Assembly (NCBI GenBank): GCA_951406725.2
Contig: OX597822.1
Coordinates: 94,984,001-95,048,000 of the forward strand
DNA from: Octopus vulgaris
Taxonomy: Eukaryota
Direction: 5' to 3'
DNA: 64,000 nucleotides
The notes under the pieces were generated by a model. That model saw only the letters and a list, made by a program, of their open reading frames with translations, had not been told where the DNA came from and ran no database searches. A program made the position numbers and the translations under genes. Shown here piece after piece: positions 38,661-51,287 of the stretch; positions within the stretch are counted from its first letter, which is position 1, and each line of letters opens with the position of its first letter.

Positions 38661-40052
38661 ATTCTGCCCAATCACGACTTATAGCTACATTAGATCTGCC
38701 CCCTGTCTGTACTTGTTAGGTGACTAGTCAAGCAGAAAAGGACGTCATCAATATTCTGACTAATGACTGTCCCCTGTTTGTATCCTGTCCATTCTAGCAG
38801 AGCTAGACGTCATAAACTTGTTGACCAATCAGAATCGGGTCTGACCCTTAGCTGTATCGTATGTATCAGGGTCAGATTTGCACGAAAGAATTTTTTTCCC
38901 TTTTTTTTACTAAGGCATATTTCCGTCAGAGTGAGTGTCTGTTTGAAGTAGCGGCCATGGTGGAATTTTGCTTCTCCTTTTCGGAGGACTTATCTTTTGT
39001 TTTAGTATTCCTGGCCCAGGGTGTTTAAACTTGGTCTAAATTTTTTTATGAAATATAGTTCTTTATTTTGGCGTTGTGTGAAGGTTGCGTTGTCACTGAA
39101 TTTATAGAGCGGGTTAGTTGTAAATTTCGGATTTACATTTCCAGCACATCTATCTATGTGTCCGCTGACCGGTATTTTGCGGTAATCAGGGTTTCTAATT
39201 TGTGATTTATGCACCGCCATCCTGTTACGTAAGCTATTTTTTGTATGACCTATATACTGCCTATTGCAGCCTGCGCATGTTATGACGTAAATTAAGTTTT
39301 CTGACGCAGGTGAAGTTTGTTCTAATGGTGAACTGGTGGCCTTGTTCCAGTATAAATTCTGATCCTTCTTTCAAGATGACACAGATTCCGCAGTTGGGCC
39401 TTCCACATTTTCTAACTGCTGGTTTTGTGGTTGATGTTGAGTGCAGTGTAGCTTGGGTTAAAATCCTTTTCAAGGATTTTGGTTGCCGTTTACTTTTAAT
39501 GATGGTGTGTGTTTCGAGGATCCGGTTCATCTTTGGGTCTCCCTTTAGTAGGGCTGTGCTTTGTAGTATGGTGTTGAAGGCCTCATTGTTGAGTGGGTTG
39601 TGTGTAGATGTAGGGAAGGGTTTTTAATTGTTCTTTCTTTTTTGGTTTTGTTTGTCTCAGGTCTTCTATACTTAATTTAAGTACCCGTTGGATTGCACTG
39701 TCTATTAGGGGCTGTGGATAGTTTCTATTTGTGAGTGTGGTTCTAAGTTCCTGGAGACGTGTGTGTCGGGTGTTTGTGTCTGATATTATGGTGCAAATCC
39801 TTCTAGCTAAACAAAAAGGGACATTCATTCTAGTGTGTCGTGGGTGGCATGAATCAAAGGGTAGGTACTGTTTAGAGTCTGTCGGTTTATAGTAGATATC
39901 TGTCTCTATTTTGTTGCCGGTTTTCTTAATGAGGATGTCTAAAAATGGTAATTCTTTTTCATTGTGGTCCATCGTGAATTGTATATTGTCATTTATTCCA
40001 TTTAATAGTATTTTAAATTCCTCAAGTTATATATATATATATATATACACGT

Positions 40053-40347
40053 GGAGGCGCAATGGCCTAGTGGTTAGGGCAGCGGACTCGTGGTCGTAGG
40101 ATCGTGGTTTCGATTCCCAGACCGGGCGTTGTGAGTGTTTATTGAGCGAATACACCTAAAGCTCCACGAGGCTCCGGCAGGGGGTGGTGATCCCTGCTGT
40201 ACTCTTTCGCCACAACGTTCTCTCACTCTTTCTTCTGTTGGCCTGCTCGCTTAGCCAGCGGGGTAGCGTCATTTGAAGGCTAAAACCATGCGAAGCGCAT
40301 TGTGACCAGCGATGTGTAACATCTGATGGCCTGGTCGGTCACGGTGA
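40053..40347 (+). mobile_element. SINE-D (tRNA-like head; possibly octopus OR-type)
   Basis: A box TGGCCTAGTGG and B box GTTTCGATTCC; embedded in (TA)n; other copies at 15031-15300 (minus) and in the 23.2-24.0 kb palindrome. Confidence 0.8.
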
Positions 40348-40376
40348 TATATATATATCTACATATATATACATAC

Positions 40377-40412
<36 letters not shown>

Positions 40413-40729
40413 ATACGACGGGCTTCTTTCAGTTTCTATATATCAGATCTATTCACAAGGCTTTGGTCGGCCTGAAGCTATAGTAGGAGACACTTGCCCA
40501 AGGTGCCACACAGTAGAACTGAACCCGGAACCATGTGGTTGGGAAATAAGCTTATTACCACACAACCACTCCTATCATTTGTTCATTTTGTTTGATATCC
40601 AGTGTTTTTTTTAAAGCAATTTATGGATGGATGCTGTAAGAAATAGTATATAGTTAACAAAGTTAATCTCTATGTATTTGCTGGACCTCCTGTAAATAAG
40701 AAGCAAATGACATCCATGAGATAAACATA

Positions 40730-41111
40730 GGCGCAGGAGTGGCTGTGTGGTAAGTAGCTTGCTAACCAACCACATGGTTCTGGGTTCAGTCCCACTGCAT
40801 GGCATCTTGGGCAAGTTTCTTCTGCTATAGCCTCGGGCTGACCAAAGCCTTGTGAGTGGATTTGGTAGACAGAAACTGAAAGCCTGTCGTATATATGTAT
40901 GTATGTGTTTGTGTGTGTGTGTTTGTCCCCCTAGCATTGCTTGACAACCGTTGCTGGTGTGTTTACGTTCCCGTCACTTAGCGGTTCAGCAAAAAGAGAC
41001 CAATAGAATAAGTACTGGGCTTACAAAGAAAAAGTCTCGGGGTTGATTTGCTCGACTAAAGGTGGTGCTCCAGCATGGCCGCAGTCAAACGACTGAAACA
41101 AGTAAAAGAGT
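40730..41111 (+). mobile_element. SINE-B
   Basis: Full length. Confidence 0.9.
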
Positions 41112-41440
41112 ATAGTGTGGGATAAGGTGATCATGGTTTGAATGACTTTGATCATCTGCCTATTCTATTGATTCTGTCTAAATATCACTACTTCATACTA
41201 CTGTTTTTTTTTGTCTAAAAATTAATTTTCTTTTTCACAGTTTGCTGGTATGGTTGTGTATTAAGAAGTTTGCTTCCCAACAGTGTAGTTCCACATTCAG
41301 TCCCACTGCTTGTATCTTATACTATAGCCTTGGGCTGACCAAAGCCTTGTGAGTGGATTTGGTAGACAGAAACGGATAGACAGGAACACATAAGCTGTGT
41401 TCAAAAGTTTTGAAACATTTTTTTCAAAATTAAAATTGTT

Positions 41441-41704
41441 TGCCAGCCTCGCCTGGCCCCATGCCGGTGGCACGTAAAAGCACCATCCATTCGTGGCCGT
41501 TTGCCAGCTCTGTCTGGCACCTGTGCAGGTGGCACGTAAAAAGCACCCACTACACTCACGGAGTGGTTGGCATTAGGAAGGGTATCCAGCCGTAGAAACA
41601 CTGCCAGATCTGACTGGGCCTGATGAAGCCTTCCGGCTTCACAGACCCCAGTTGAACCGTCCAACCCATGCTAGCATGGAAAACGGATGCTAAATGATGA
41701 TGAT
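41441..41704 (+). mobile_element. SINE-C
   Basis: Same motifs. Confidence 0.8.
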
Positions 41705-41869
41705 ACCCACCATATTACTGTAAGTAGTGATAATATACTGCAAATTAGATATAACTTTGGGCATATAATATAAAAATTTTAATTTTCAGACCTATGTTCC
41801 ATACTTTTGGCTATGATTTGTGTGTGTGTGTGTGTTTGTTCTCAATCACTGGTGTTAGTGTGTTTATGC

Positions 41870-42049
41870 TTTCTGAGATTCGCCAACACTACACCTGATT
41901 TTCTCCCTTCCATACACACACAAGCATGTATCTGACTCATACATTGTTCGCTTTCCAGACATTTGTACATTACTGCACATACTTTATACGCACTTTCTGA
42001 CAAGTTGTGGTGCACCTGAGCACTGTATATAATAATTTCATTATTATTT
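41870..42049 (+). mobile_element. 3' UTR fragment of the same CR1 family, inserted in an old SINE-B tail
   Basis: Reverse-complement match to ~14066-14240. Confidence 0.8.
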
Positions 42050-42529
42050 ATATCCTTGTAACTTAGCATTTTGACAAAGAGACCAATAAAGTTCCTAGCT
42101 TATAAAAGAGAAAGTAGTGGAGTTGATTCATTCAACTAAGTTTCTTTAAAGCGGTGCCCCAGCTTGGCCACAGCTCAGTGACTGAAACAAGTAAAAGATA
42201 AAAGATACTATATTTTATAGTCACACTAAAAATGAATCACGTGGTAAAAGAAAATTTGTAATCACTTAACCATATGTAACGTGTTCATTTTTGAAAATTT
42301 TGTGTTTGCATCTGTGTACACTTGATTGTGTACACATATTTGTCTTTCGCATATCTTTGTGATAATGCAAGTAGTAGTTGCGGGTCATTAGTTGTTGTGG
42401 CAGGTTTTGCATCATCTGCAGCAAAACATGTGAGAATTCTTTGTGAAATACCTTGTCTGGCACCTAGATTGTTTCTCTCGCCTCCTCTTCCATATATGTA
42501 TTTGTGTGTGTATACATACATACACACTT

Positions 42530-42564
<35 letters not shown>

Positions 42565-42567
<3 letters not shown>

Positions 42568-42827
42568 TCATCATCATCGTTTAGCGTCCGCTTTCCATGC
42601 TAGCATGGGTTGGACGGTTCGACCAGGGTCTGGGAAACCAGGAGGCTACCAGGCTCCAGTCTGATCTGGCAGTGTTTCTACAGCTGGATGTCCTTCCTAA
42701 CGCCAACCACTCCGTGAGTGTAGTGGGTGCTTTTACGTGCCAGGGGAGGCTGGCAACGGCCACGATCGGTTGGTACTTTTTATGTGCCACCGGCACAGAA
42801 GCCAGTCAAGGCGGCACTGGCATCGGC

Positions 42828-42828
<1 letters not shown>
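42565..42828 (-). mobile_element. SINE-C
   Basis: Same motifs. Confidence 0.8.
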
Positions 42829-42900
<72 letters not shown>

Positions 42901-43684
42901 GTGTGTGTGTATATCATAGATCTTCCTGTGATATCAGTACAACAGGCAATGAGCCTTCTAGGCATCCCAGTCAATGGGCCTTGATCCAACTCCATCATGT
43001 CATCCTGGAATGTATTGCATCACATCTTCCCTGGTGCTTCCCTCAGTCTCTTTCTTCCTTCTGGTGTCCACTCCCTGTAATTAGCAGTTTGGCAAAAGAA
43101 ACTAATTGAATAAGCACCAGGCTCAAAATGACCAAAACTTTTAGACACAGTGCCCCCACTATGGCCACAGTCAAATGACTGAAACAAACAATATTATATG
43201 GATATTTTGGGCAATTGTATATTTTGTTTGTTTGGATGTTGTTTGTATTAGATTTAATTGGGTTTTCATGTAACTCATAGTTTATCCAGTTATATGAGAT
43301 ATTGATGAGTTCAGGTCTTAATATTCAAATATATTGTTGAAAAATAAATATGCTGAAATAAAAAAAAAAAATTGCAGTTAATAAGTATTGATGTAAAACA
43401 CTGACTTCCTAACTTGCAGCAGCTTCTGAGATATCTCGTGGATACTCCAGTAATTCTGTGATATGATTTAACCCTACCATATGGTACTTGGGTGCTAAAA
43501 ACAGATTCCACTCTGTTGTAAGCATTCAGATCAGATCTTCAATTTGAGAACGAACTCACTATCTGGGTATGATGATTCCTATTATAACAACATTGAATAC
43601 AAATTATTTTTCCCTTTAGGAATAATATAGGAGGATTCGTCATTGTTTTTGATAATGTATTAATTTAATAGAATAGGTCTAATC

Positions 43685-44012
43685 CCATGGCTCAGAGGTT
43701 TGTGTTGTGCTCACAATCATGAGATAGTTTGATTCCCGGACTGGGCTTTGTATTATGTTCTTGAGCAAAACACTTTATTTCACATTGCTCCAGTTCACTC
43801 AGCTGTAGAAATGAGTTGCGACATCATTGGTGCTGATCTGTATTGGCCTTCACCTTTCCCTTGGATAACATCAGTAGTATGGAGAGGGGAGACTGGTATG
43901 CATGGGCAACTGGTCTTTCATAAGCAACTTTGCCTGGACTTGTGCCCTGGAGGGTAACTTTCTAGGTGCAATACCATGGCCATTCCTGACCGAAGGGAGT
44001 CTTTACTTTTTT
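43685..44012 (+). mobile_element. SINE-E (CORE-like domain); second copy at ~60625-60900 minus
   Basis: GTTCTTGAGCAAAACACTTTATTTCACATTGCTCCAGTTCACTCAGCTGTAGAAATGAG; the 3' part is shared by both copies. Confidence 0.65.
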
Positions 44013-44233
44013 AATCTCTTCTTAATGTATTCAGAACTCATCATCTAGCTAAATCATTTTCCTTGTCTTTTATTTACGAGTAGTTTCTGCCTTGTCATCC
44101 TTTTCAGAGACCCTGTAAAAAGCCATAGATCTTGCTTTGTTGCCATGAAAATAATCAACAAATGAGAAGAGAAAAAAAAAAAAGAATTCACAGGCACCTA
44201 AAGTTTTTTGGTGGTTGCATAGATATCATTGTA

Positions 44234-44451
44234 TTACTCTTTTACTTGTTTCAGTCATTTGACTGCGGCCATGCTGGAGCACCGCCTTTAATCAAGCAAC
44301 TCGACCCCGGGACTTATTCTTTTGTAAGCCCAGTACTTATTCTATCGGTCCTTTTTTGCCGAACCGCTAAGTAACGGGGGACATAAACACACCAGCATCG
44401 GTTGTCAAGCAATGCTAGGGGGACAAACACAGACACACAAACACACACACG

Positions 44452-44498
<47 letters not shown>

Positions 44499-44660
44499 GA
44501 CGGGCTTCTTTCAGTTTCCGTCTACCAAATCCACTCACAAGGCTTTGGTCGGCCCGAGGCTATAGTAGAAGACACTTGCCCAAGGTGCCACACAGTGGGA
44601 CTGAACCCGGAACCATGTGGTTGGTTAGCAAGCTACTTACCACACAGCCACTCCTGCGCC
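44234..44660 (-). mobile_element. SINE-B
   Basis: Full length. Confidence 0.9.
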
Positions 44661-44791
44661 TATGGTGCACAGTAGCAGAGAACTTGCCTGAAAAGGTTTA
44701 AGTCTGATACTGAGAAGATTTCTAGGATTTAATTACTCTTTGTAACGTAATACGCTAGTACTGTTTACAGAATATTCTAATGTGCAATGTA

Positions 44792-44824
<33 letters not shown>

Positions 44825-45457
44825 ATGCCAATGGCATAATGTGTTGGTTAGAAGTAGTGAGAGATTTAATAACCAGTCAACTTAAGTGTGTTTATGTAAT
44901 TAAGAATGAGTAATTATTCCTGATTTATCATTAGAGTTGTTAGATACATGTACACTTTTGAATAAAGAAATGTTTCTCAAAGAATCTATTTGGTCTCCTC
45001 ATCACCTCTCTGTTGAGACTCGGATTAATTAATTAGCTAAGTATTTTTTAACCCTTTGATCTATTCATCATGTATGATATACATTCTTAATTTTTTTTTT
45101 TCTTTTCAACCATCAGAGTAACTTGGGACTTATGAAAGGAAAGTTTCATATTATTCAGAATTTATGAAACAAGTGCTAACTAAAAGTCTAAAAATAAGCA
45201 TGAACATTTTGGACAAACTTCTGAAAATGCTTTGGACAAAGTGTTAAAGCACTTTATTTGATTGTTATTTGATTTGTTTCCTTTTACGAAAGAACAATAA
45301 AGTGATGGAAATAGAAAACTTGAATAAAATAATTTAACAGAATCTAGTTGTTTCACCTTGGGCTGGCCCTGATTCAGTAGACCTGATTGACCCTTTATTA
45401 TTCACATTATTCTGTTAAAAGTAATGCTTATTTACTCTCGTTGTTTTGAATTAATCA

Positions 45458-45490
<33 letters not shown>

Positions 45491-46713
45491 CTAGCATTAT
45501 GACCTGGTGTTGCCGGGTCATAGTGCTAGTTTGGTATAAATTTGTTAAATTAAAAATTTGGGGTAATAAAACATACAATGACATATTAAAAAGACGAATT
45601 AAAATTCCAGAGAAAAATACACAGAAGATAAATATACAAATTTACAAAAATACCTAAATGTTCATCTACAGGCCGTTTCGGAGATGCACCAATTAATATG
45701 AAACATATCATATATTTAAAATTGACAGTCCCCTTGTCAGGATGCTTTTTACACACAACACATAGCACACGGAAACAAATGCACAATTACATACTTGCTA
45801 CGTGCGAAAGACCAGACATTACGTACTCCCAAAAATTCTCATAGATACTGAATGCTACTTTATAAGCATATAATTCAATCTAGCAGCTATAGTAAATGGT
45901 ATGCGCGCAGCTCCATCTGGACTAATTCACTTCTGCACTCAATTAAATTTTTCATCTTTTAATTTCTCCCATTCATGCAATGCCACATATTCAAGTTTAA
46001 GTCCTTGATACATTTTATACTAATTGCTATTTTTTCTTTTAATTGTTATATTACGATTTAATTACCATACTTTAGTTTCATTTTAATTGCTACTTACTAT
46101 ATTTACTATATTTAATTCAGTTGTTATTATTACCTCTAACTTTTATTGCAATTTTTATTTCTTATGGAACGTCGAGTGGATCTTATGTGTACAATATATT
46201 TTTATATGATCTTTATATATTACTATATATTTCTAAACGTCAGGCTTTATGTCTGTTCTGTAGATATAAATGAATATATGAATATATGTATGAGCTTTCT
46301 GTGGATTTTGTAGTGCTCTTGTAGTTGCTGCTCGCATTGCCTCCCCTCGGATTAAAAAGTGTATACAGCTCATTTGAGCACTACTATTCCAGTCTTATAT
46401 ATTTTGAGCGTTGTTGTCACTAACGATCTCAAGATATAACTTTATATTTTGTAATATATATATATATATACACACACATCCATATACATACAATAGAGAG
46501 ATGTTTTTGTTTCACTTTTAACACATAATACTGAAATAGTGGAGAAGATATGATATTGCTGTGGGCTCGCTCTAGGCAAGAAGTTAAACATTTTTTTCCC
46601 CATGACACTACATGAACCCTAAGTAAGGCATGTGTAAAATTTGAATGAAATTGGTTGTGTAGTTCTCAATTTTTTGGGAAACAGACATTCTCAGTTTTAT
46701 ATATATATAGAGA
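45491..46713 (-). mobile_element. Non-autonomous Helitron-like element (different family)
   Basis: Minus strand A|TCTCTATATAT... ending CTAG|T, with terminal palindrome ACTAGCATTATGACCTGG-TGTTG-CCGGGTCATAGTGCTAGT. Confidence 0.65.
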
Positions 46714-47631
46714 TATATGTATGTTTTATATATATAGAGATGTGTATGTATGTATATATATATGTATGTGTGTGTGTGATTTTAAGTCCAGTCATGGCCA
46801 AAAGTTTGGAACAATTTTTGAAACTTTGTTATGCCCAAGTACAATTTGATTCAAATAAACAATGTATACATTTGGACATTTAATATAAAAATTCAAATTT
46901 TCAGACTTATATTCCAAACTTTTGGCCACATATTCCAAATTTGGTCACAACTGTATATATGCACACACACACACACACACATACACACACACACATATAA
47001 AATATCTAAGACTACAGTATCCATTATAGCTTTGTGAATATTTTATTCTTGACTGGTTTCACTCCTGGATTGTGGTTATGGCAGTTCAGTACCTTCAAGG
47101 AATTTATTTGATTTTACTATAACCCCAGTAGTCTACATAGTATCACTTTCATTAGAAATGAAAGGTGAAGTCATCCTTGCTGTAAAAGGAGATGACTTAA
47201 TCGGTATAAGTACCTCCAGTTACTTTTGCTTGGTGTTCCAGGGTTTTGTTCACCTTATATTGAAAGAAACACACCAACCTGTCTATCTACCAATCTACCA
47301 AGCCACAGTGAATTTTTGCAGTTTCCATGAGCTATATTCTATTCATAATATATGGTTGAAGATATTCATTGAAGGTTCAATGCAGTGACATTGAATTCAA
47401 AACAATGTGGCTGCGAAACAAACTTCTTAACGAAGTCTAGGTGTGGGAAGATTGCCTGCTACTTCTAGAAGTTTGAGCTACTACATAGAAGCACCTTGAA
47501 ATGGCATTTGATTCATTTTGTTTGTTCTCTTTCTGTTCTGTTAAAATCCTGAGCGTTATCATGGCCTTTCACCTCTTCATGATCAGTTGGCAACAGTATT
47601 GTAGGGAGATTAATTCAAAATCTTATCCATA

Positions 47632-48033
47632 GGCGCAGGAGTGGCTGTGTGGTAAGTAGCTTGTTTACCAACCATTTGGTTCCGGGTTCAGTCCCACTGC
47701 GTGACACCTTGGGCAAGTGTCTTCTACTATAGCCTCGGGCCGACCAAAGCCTTGTGAGTGGATTTGGTAGACGGAAAATGAAAGAAGCCCGTCGTATATA
47801 TATATATATATGTATATATGCGTGTGTGTGTTTGTGTGTCTGTGTTTGTCCCCCTAGCATTGCTTGACAACTGATGCTGGTGTGTTTATGTCCCCGTTAC
47901 TTAGCGGTTCGGCAAAAGAGACTGATAGAATAAGTACTGGGCTTACAAAAGAATAAGTCCCGGGGTTGAGTTGCTCGATTAAAAGTGGTGCTCCAGCATG
48001 GCCACAGTCAAATGACTGAAACAAGTAAAAGAG
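47632..48033 (+). mobile_element. SINE-B
   Basis: Full length. Confidence 0.9.
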
Positions 48034-48292
48034 TATTCTATATAGACTAGGGATACAACTTTTTTTGCAACTTCATAGTCCTGTATCATAATCCTTATGA
48101 GCTTTTGCTTGACGACAATGAAAATCAATACACTTATCAATCCTTCTGCAATGGTTTCAGCCTTGCCATCATACAACTTCAGAGCAGCCAGCTTGATTTC
48201 ACTTGTTCCATTTTTTATGGCAACTGCTTGATATTCATTTCTGTCAATATGTTTACCATCGCAATGCAGGTTCCATTTCTGACTGTAGTGTA

Positions 48293-48360
48293 TTTTTTTT
48301 TTTCTAGTTTCAGCTCTGAGCTGCGGCCATGCTGATGCACCGCCGTTAAACAATGTGCTA
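48293..48360 (-). mobile_element. LINE-type 3' tail plus poly(A) attached to the 5S copy
   Basis: Minus strand GGCGGTGCATCAGCATGGCCGCAGCTCAGAGCTGAAACTAG(A)n is homologous to the SINE-B tail GGCGGTGCTCCAGCATGGCCGCAGTCAAATGACTGAAAC. Confidence 0.8.
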
Positions 48361-48459
48361 TGCTTACTTCACCTAGGTTTCCCAAGCGGTCACCCATCTA
48401 AGTACTGACTAGGCTCGATGTTGCTTAACTTCGGTGATCAACGTGATATGGCCGTAAGC
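48361..48459 (-). pseudogene. 5S rRNA pseudogene with ~20-nt internal deletion; head of a chimeric retrocopy
   Basis: Minus strand reads GCTTACGGCCATATCACGTTGA^TCACCGAAGTTAAGCAACATCGAGCCTAGTCAGTACTTAGATGGGTGACCGCTTGGGAAACCTAGGTGAAGTAAGCA, a mollusc-type 5S of 99 nt rather than ~120. Confidence 0.9.
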
Positions 48460-49749
48460 ATTTTGATCAAGTTTTTGATCAAGAGAGATGACACTACTGT
48501 GGATAGATAAACTGAATTTTCCAATTATTTCCAAGCAAGCAATACAGTCCAAGCTTGAAAATGTGCTTCGTTTGTATGACAAATGTGCCAAGAAAGGAGA
48601 ATTTGAGCAAAATTGATCAAGTTTTTCTTTATTTCACCAGCTTTCTTGAAGAGTGTCTAGTAAATGCTTCACTGACTAGGAGCTGGGATATCAATGCCCT
48701 CCTCTGACAACTGTTTGCAGATTTTCTCAGCTTTGTTGGTAGATACGTTTGTTCCACACAAATTGCAGATATGTTGTGCCTTCTTGTAGAGGAATAAATG
48801 CCATTTACTATCACTATCATTTTAATCAACTCTGTCATCTTCAGCATAATTGTACTTGTCAATCTCTTCTTCAGAGTCACTGTCAGTTTCCAGGGCTGTT
48901 GGGTTTGATAAAGAATGGGTGGCTTCAGCATCAGAACATCTCTTGGAAGGATGGATAGTGTGCTTGCTTGCAGCTTTGCCTGTTGAATAGCCCACTTTGC
49001 CCTTGCTTTGGAGTTCGGTGGAGTACAGCTTTTTGTCATCTGCATTGAGCCATTCACCATAGATTTTGGTGATATTGAACAGTTTTAATGGCTCAAATTC
49101 TCCTTTCTTGGCACATTTGTCATACAAACGAAGCACATTTTCGAACTTGGACCGTATTGCTTGCTTGGAAATGATTGAAAAATTCAGTTTATCTCTCCAC
49201 AGTAGTGTCATCTCTCTTGATAATTTTGCCACTCTCTCCTTTCTACCTTTAATTGATTTTCCAAGAAACTGGTACTGACCAACAATCTGCACCTTGAGTG
49301 ATATTTGGCTTCTGCTGGCCAGATGAATGGGACTGGAGCTGCAACAAATTTCTCCATTTCTCCTTGTTCTTCTGAACAACTTTGAAGCTTTTCTAGAATG
49401 GCATACCGCTAGCAGTCATGCAGAACTAACACTGAAACCAAGACAAGAAGGGTGAAAGTGGAAGAACTTAATTATTTGCTTCCTGACTAAGCATATAATA
49501 AATAACTCAGCAATACAATCTAATCACCACTGAAGTCTTATAATGCTAAGAATTTATTGAAAGCCAAGAGTGCTATGCAACCATACCCTTATTCAAACAA
49601 GTTTTGCATGAGAATACAAATGTGGATTCATGTGTGAACTTTTTTTAAAGATAACTCAAAAGTGAGTTCACTTTAGTTACTTGTGCATTAAAACTCATCT
49701 AAATATGATACAGGAAATTGCTTTTGAGGTAAATTAAGAAGTTGTATCC

Positions 49750-49977
49750 TTAACCCTTTCGTTACTGTATTTATTTTTAGATGTTCTTTGTTTCTTTCAA
49801 TTACTTTGGATATAACAAAGAATTTAGTAAAATAACTTAGTTATCATTGAGCTAGTGTTAGGAACATAAATTGTGACTAAGGTTTGGTGGAAGATTTTAA
49901 TTCAAAACTTATAAAAACAAGACATTTGTACTCAGAACCAGAGCTGGTTTCAGCCGGGTTGGTAACGAAAGGGTTAA
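49750..49977. mobile_element. piggyBac-type MITE type B
   Basis: TTAACCCTTTCGTTAC ... GTAACGAAAGGGTTAA. Confidence 0.9.
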
Positions 49978-51059
49978 TGTAGACTTTAGATAGCTGAGAG
50001 GTGTTGACAGAAATGGCAATTATCCAGACTAAATATCTAAAGTACTCTGAAGAGAGATGGTGTATGACAGGAGCATCAAACTAGTTTGGTCTCATTGAAG
50101 CATAAACTAGATTTCATTGCTGAAGAGGTACATTTAGTACTAAAAATCCTATTCGTAATGTTGACCAAAGTAAATAGTAAAGGTGCCAAGAATATGAGGT
50201 ATATGAAGAGTTTGGAAAACTCATCTCTTGGTATGTATACAAATTCTATTACGATTCTTTAGAATGAGAACAGAGGAAGAAAAAGGAAATTTCTGTTTTG
50301 CTCAGCTCAGTGTGTATAGACACAGGGAAGGGAAAATAAGTCACATCTTTCAGTATATGAATTAAGACTTATTTTTAATTGGTTGAGGCGACTAGGTTCA
50401 CTGATTTTTACTAATCAGAACAAGTGTTAATCACGACTAGCTGGGCTCCACTGTGAATGCATGCTCATGCTTATTTTATGGAATTCTATAAAATATATTA
50501 TTTTACAGAATGTTATAAAATTTTGAAATTTTGTAAAATTAAACCATCAGGATTAGACTTAAACTTTGCTGCATGAGTGATATTCCTGTTATATAAAGTG
50601 AACATCGGCAGATTGTCACTTAATAAATCCGATGAAATTAAGTGCCAAGCAATAATACACTGTGATTGATTCAGCTGAATATGATACCTGTTCTCTTCTA
50701 TTAAGCTGGTCATAAAGGAAATGTTAAGATTGGTGTCATCATCATAATCATTTTAACGTCTACTTTTCCATGTTTGCATTGGTCAGTCAAGAATATTGTT
50801 GGAATTTAGCATGCCGGGTGAAATGCTTAGCGATATTTTGTCTGTCTTTACGTTCTGAGCTCAAATTCCACCGAGGTCGACTTTGCTTTTCATCCTTTCG
50901 TGGTCATAAATTAGGTACCAGTTGCGTACTGGGGGTCGATCTAATCGAATGCCCTCCTTCCCAAAAATTTTGGGCCTTGTGCCTAGAAGTAGGAAAAAAA
51001 GAGTAGTTGGAACACAATTTTCTAGAGCTGGTTACACTTCTTGTTTTCCAAATCCCACT

Positions 51060-51287
51060 TTAACCCTTTAGCATTCAGATTACTCTGTCAAATGTAAAGC
51101 CTGTTTAATCACATTGTTTAAAATTAATTGTACAGCATCTTGTAACTCTGAGATTTTGATGATGTCCCTGTTTATTTTTAGAATGACTTTGTAGGGTCGG
51201 TGTGAGAGGTCAGAGCTGGCTGGTTTGAGCATATAACAGGAAGACAATTTTGGCCTGGTATGGCCAGTTTAAACACTAAAGGGTTAA
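51060..51287. mobile_element. piggyBac-type MITE type A
   Basis: TTAACCCTTTAGC ... CTAAAGGGTTAA. Confidence 0.85.

Larger units (their letters stand above)
37933..40028 (-). mobile_element. 5'-truncated Penelope-like element (RT C-terminus, GIY-YIG endonuclease, 3' pseudo-LTR region)
   Basis: Frameshifted ORF pieces ELPFLDILI..YYKPTDSKQYLPFDSCHP, then CGRPNCGIC, then (N)LIYVITCAGCNRQYIGHTKNSLRNRMAVHKSQI..H..KELYFIKKFRPSLN, stop near 39002. Both ends abut (TA)n. Confidence 0.92.
48045..49380 (-). mobile_element. Decayed DDE DNA-transposon transposase (Sola2-like, tentative)
   Basis: Broken frames LLWRDKLNFSIISKQAIRSK..GEWLNADDKKLY..GKVGY..HPSKR and WNLHCDGKHI..EYQAVAIKN..EIKLAALKLYDGKAETIAEGL. 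Interrupted by the 5S chimera and an inverted duplication. Confidence 0.55.
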
